Shown here: positions 63,356-64,000 of the stretch, one piece after another
Numbering within the stretch: position 1 is the stretch's first letter
How the letters are laid out: every line of letters starts with the position of its first letter
Source of the DNA: Candidatus Moraniibacteriota bacterium
GTDB taxonomy: Bacteria; Patescibacteriota; Minisyncoccia; Moranbacterales; GCA-2747515
Assembly (NCBI GenBank): GCA_942490825.1
Contig: CALNYG010000013.1
Coordinates: 55,311-119,310 of the forward strand
Reading direction: 5' to 3'
DNA length: 64,000 bases
Notes under the pieces: generated by a model
What the model saw: only the letters and a program-made list of their open reading frames with translations
Told to the model about the DNA's origin: nothing
Databases searched by the model: none
Made by a program: the position numbers and the translations under genes

Positions 63356-63787
63356 ATGAAAAAAATAGCTATATTTATTGGAAAGTTGCCTTTTGTTGGT
63401 AAATTAGTAATAAGACCAGTAATTTTTGGACTTTATCAGAGTCAGACATTTTATAAAAGGTTAATATACTATTGCTTGTTAGTAGTAATTCTTTTATATT
63501 TTGTTTTTGTTCATGGAAGTCAAATGATTTCAGCTATTAAATATTTTAATTTAAATTCATCTTTTATTCTAAAAGGTGTGTGTTGTGTATTCGCTGTTGT
63601 TAACTTTTGCGTTACATTAACGCAACTATATTTAATTTATCGATCAACCTGTTTTTTCATAAAAGGTAAATATTTGAAAAAAATTCATCATTACAGAGAT
63701 TATTCTTTTTTGGAGAAAGTTATAATGTTTGTTACTACATTAAGTGGGCAAATAATTGCTATCTTTTCTTGCTATCAATTTTTTTAA
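63356..63787 (+). CDS. hypothetical integral membrane protein
   Basis: Four hydrophobic segments. No family recognised. Confidence 0.35.
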   Translation: MKKIAIFIGKLPFVGKLVIRPVIFGLYQSQTFYKRLIYYCLLVVILLYFVFVHGSQMISAIKYFNLNSSFILKGVCCVFAVVNFCVTLTQLYLIYRSTCFFIKGKYLKKIHHYRDYSFLEKVIMFVTTLSGQIIAIFSCYQFF

Positions 63788-63796
63788 AAAATATTT

Positions 63797-63836
63797 AAAG
63801 CTTGCTACAGTTGAATAACTGATGCGAGCTTTTTTT
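63797..63836 (+). terminator. intrinsic terminator
   Basis: AAAGCTTGC-18 nt-GCGAGCTTT (one G-T pair) followed by a T-run. Confidence 0.55.
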
Positions 63837-64000
63837 AATCTTAAGAAGGGTTTATTCTCCAATCCTTGGATTGCCTGACTTTTCGATTGGAATATCTCTC
63901 TTTCGAGCGAAGTAATGAAAGTGGCGAAGCCAGAGCTTGCTCTGAGGATATTTAGTCTTTCTCCAATTCTTCAAAAAAGTATTTATAAATTAAAATAAAT

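Noticed and set aside
63920-63950. rRNA fragment, suggested by GAGCTTGCTC, a string common in the 16S V1 region
   Set aside because: The flanking sequence shows none of the conserved 16S, 23S or 5S blocks. A 10-mer match is not informative.

Overview
AT-rich (about 30% GC by eye) bacterial segment, coded almost entirely on the plus strand. It looks like a small-genome Patescibacteria/CPR-type organism: there is no L30 gene between rpsE and rplO, and it carries DUF3467 and DUF192 proteins. This taxonomic call is an inference. Core content: (i) an IS transposase fragment followed by three tRNA genes; (ii) greA, then infA-rpmJ-rpsM-rpsK-rpsD-rpoA-rplQ and rplM-rpsI; (iii) RNase J, trpS, ugd, recQ, pheT, secG, pgi and manC; (iv) tuf plus an S10/spc block from rpsJ to rplO, which lacks L29 and L30 and is not followed by secY-adk-map; (v) a contiguous MEP operon dxr-ispD-ispF-ispE-ispG; (vi) an aminotransferase, tRNA-Glu, rmuC and envelope glycosyltransferases. 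Main accessory or unusual features: a three-gene defence-type island between pheT and secG (Toprim-domain protein, single-chain restriction-modification-specificity enzyme, GIY-YIG nuclease); two insertions each bracketed by a 75-85 bp diverged duplicate of the adjacent gene end (recQ 5' end around an MBOAT/DltD-like cassette; DUF3467 3' end around a zinc-ribbon minigene); a dispersed GC-rich repeat, AAAAGCCCGTGCGGCGAGCAC, in six same-orientation intergenic copies, two of which carry a nested hairpin; a separate ~56-nt element in three copies around a WecA-like gene; an alpha subunit with no C-terminal domain; and four single-base frame breaks in A/T runs or A-rich sequence (rpsK, rpsD, WecA-like gene, transposase), which most likely reflect sequence errors. 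No CRISPR array or rRNA gene was seen.
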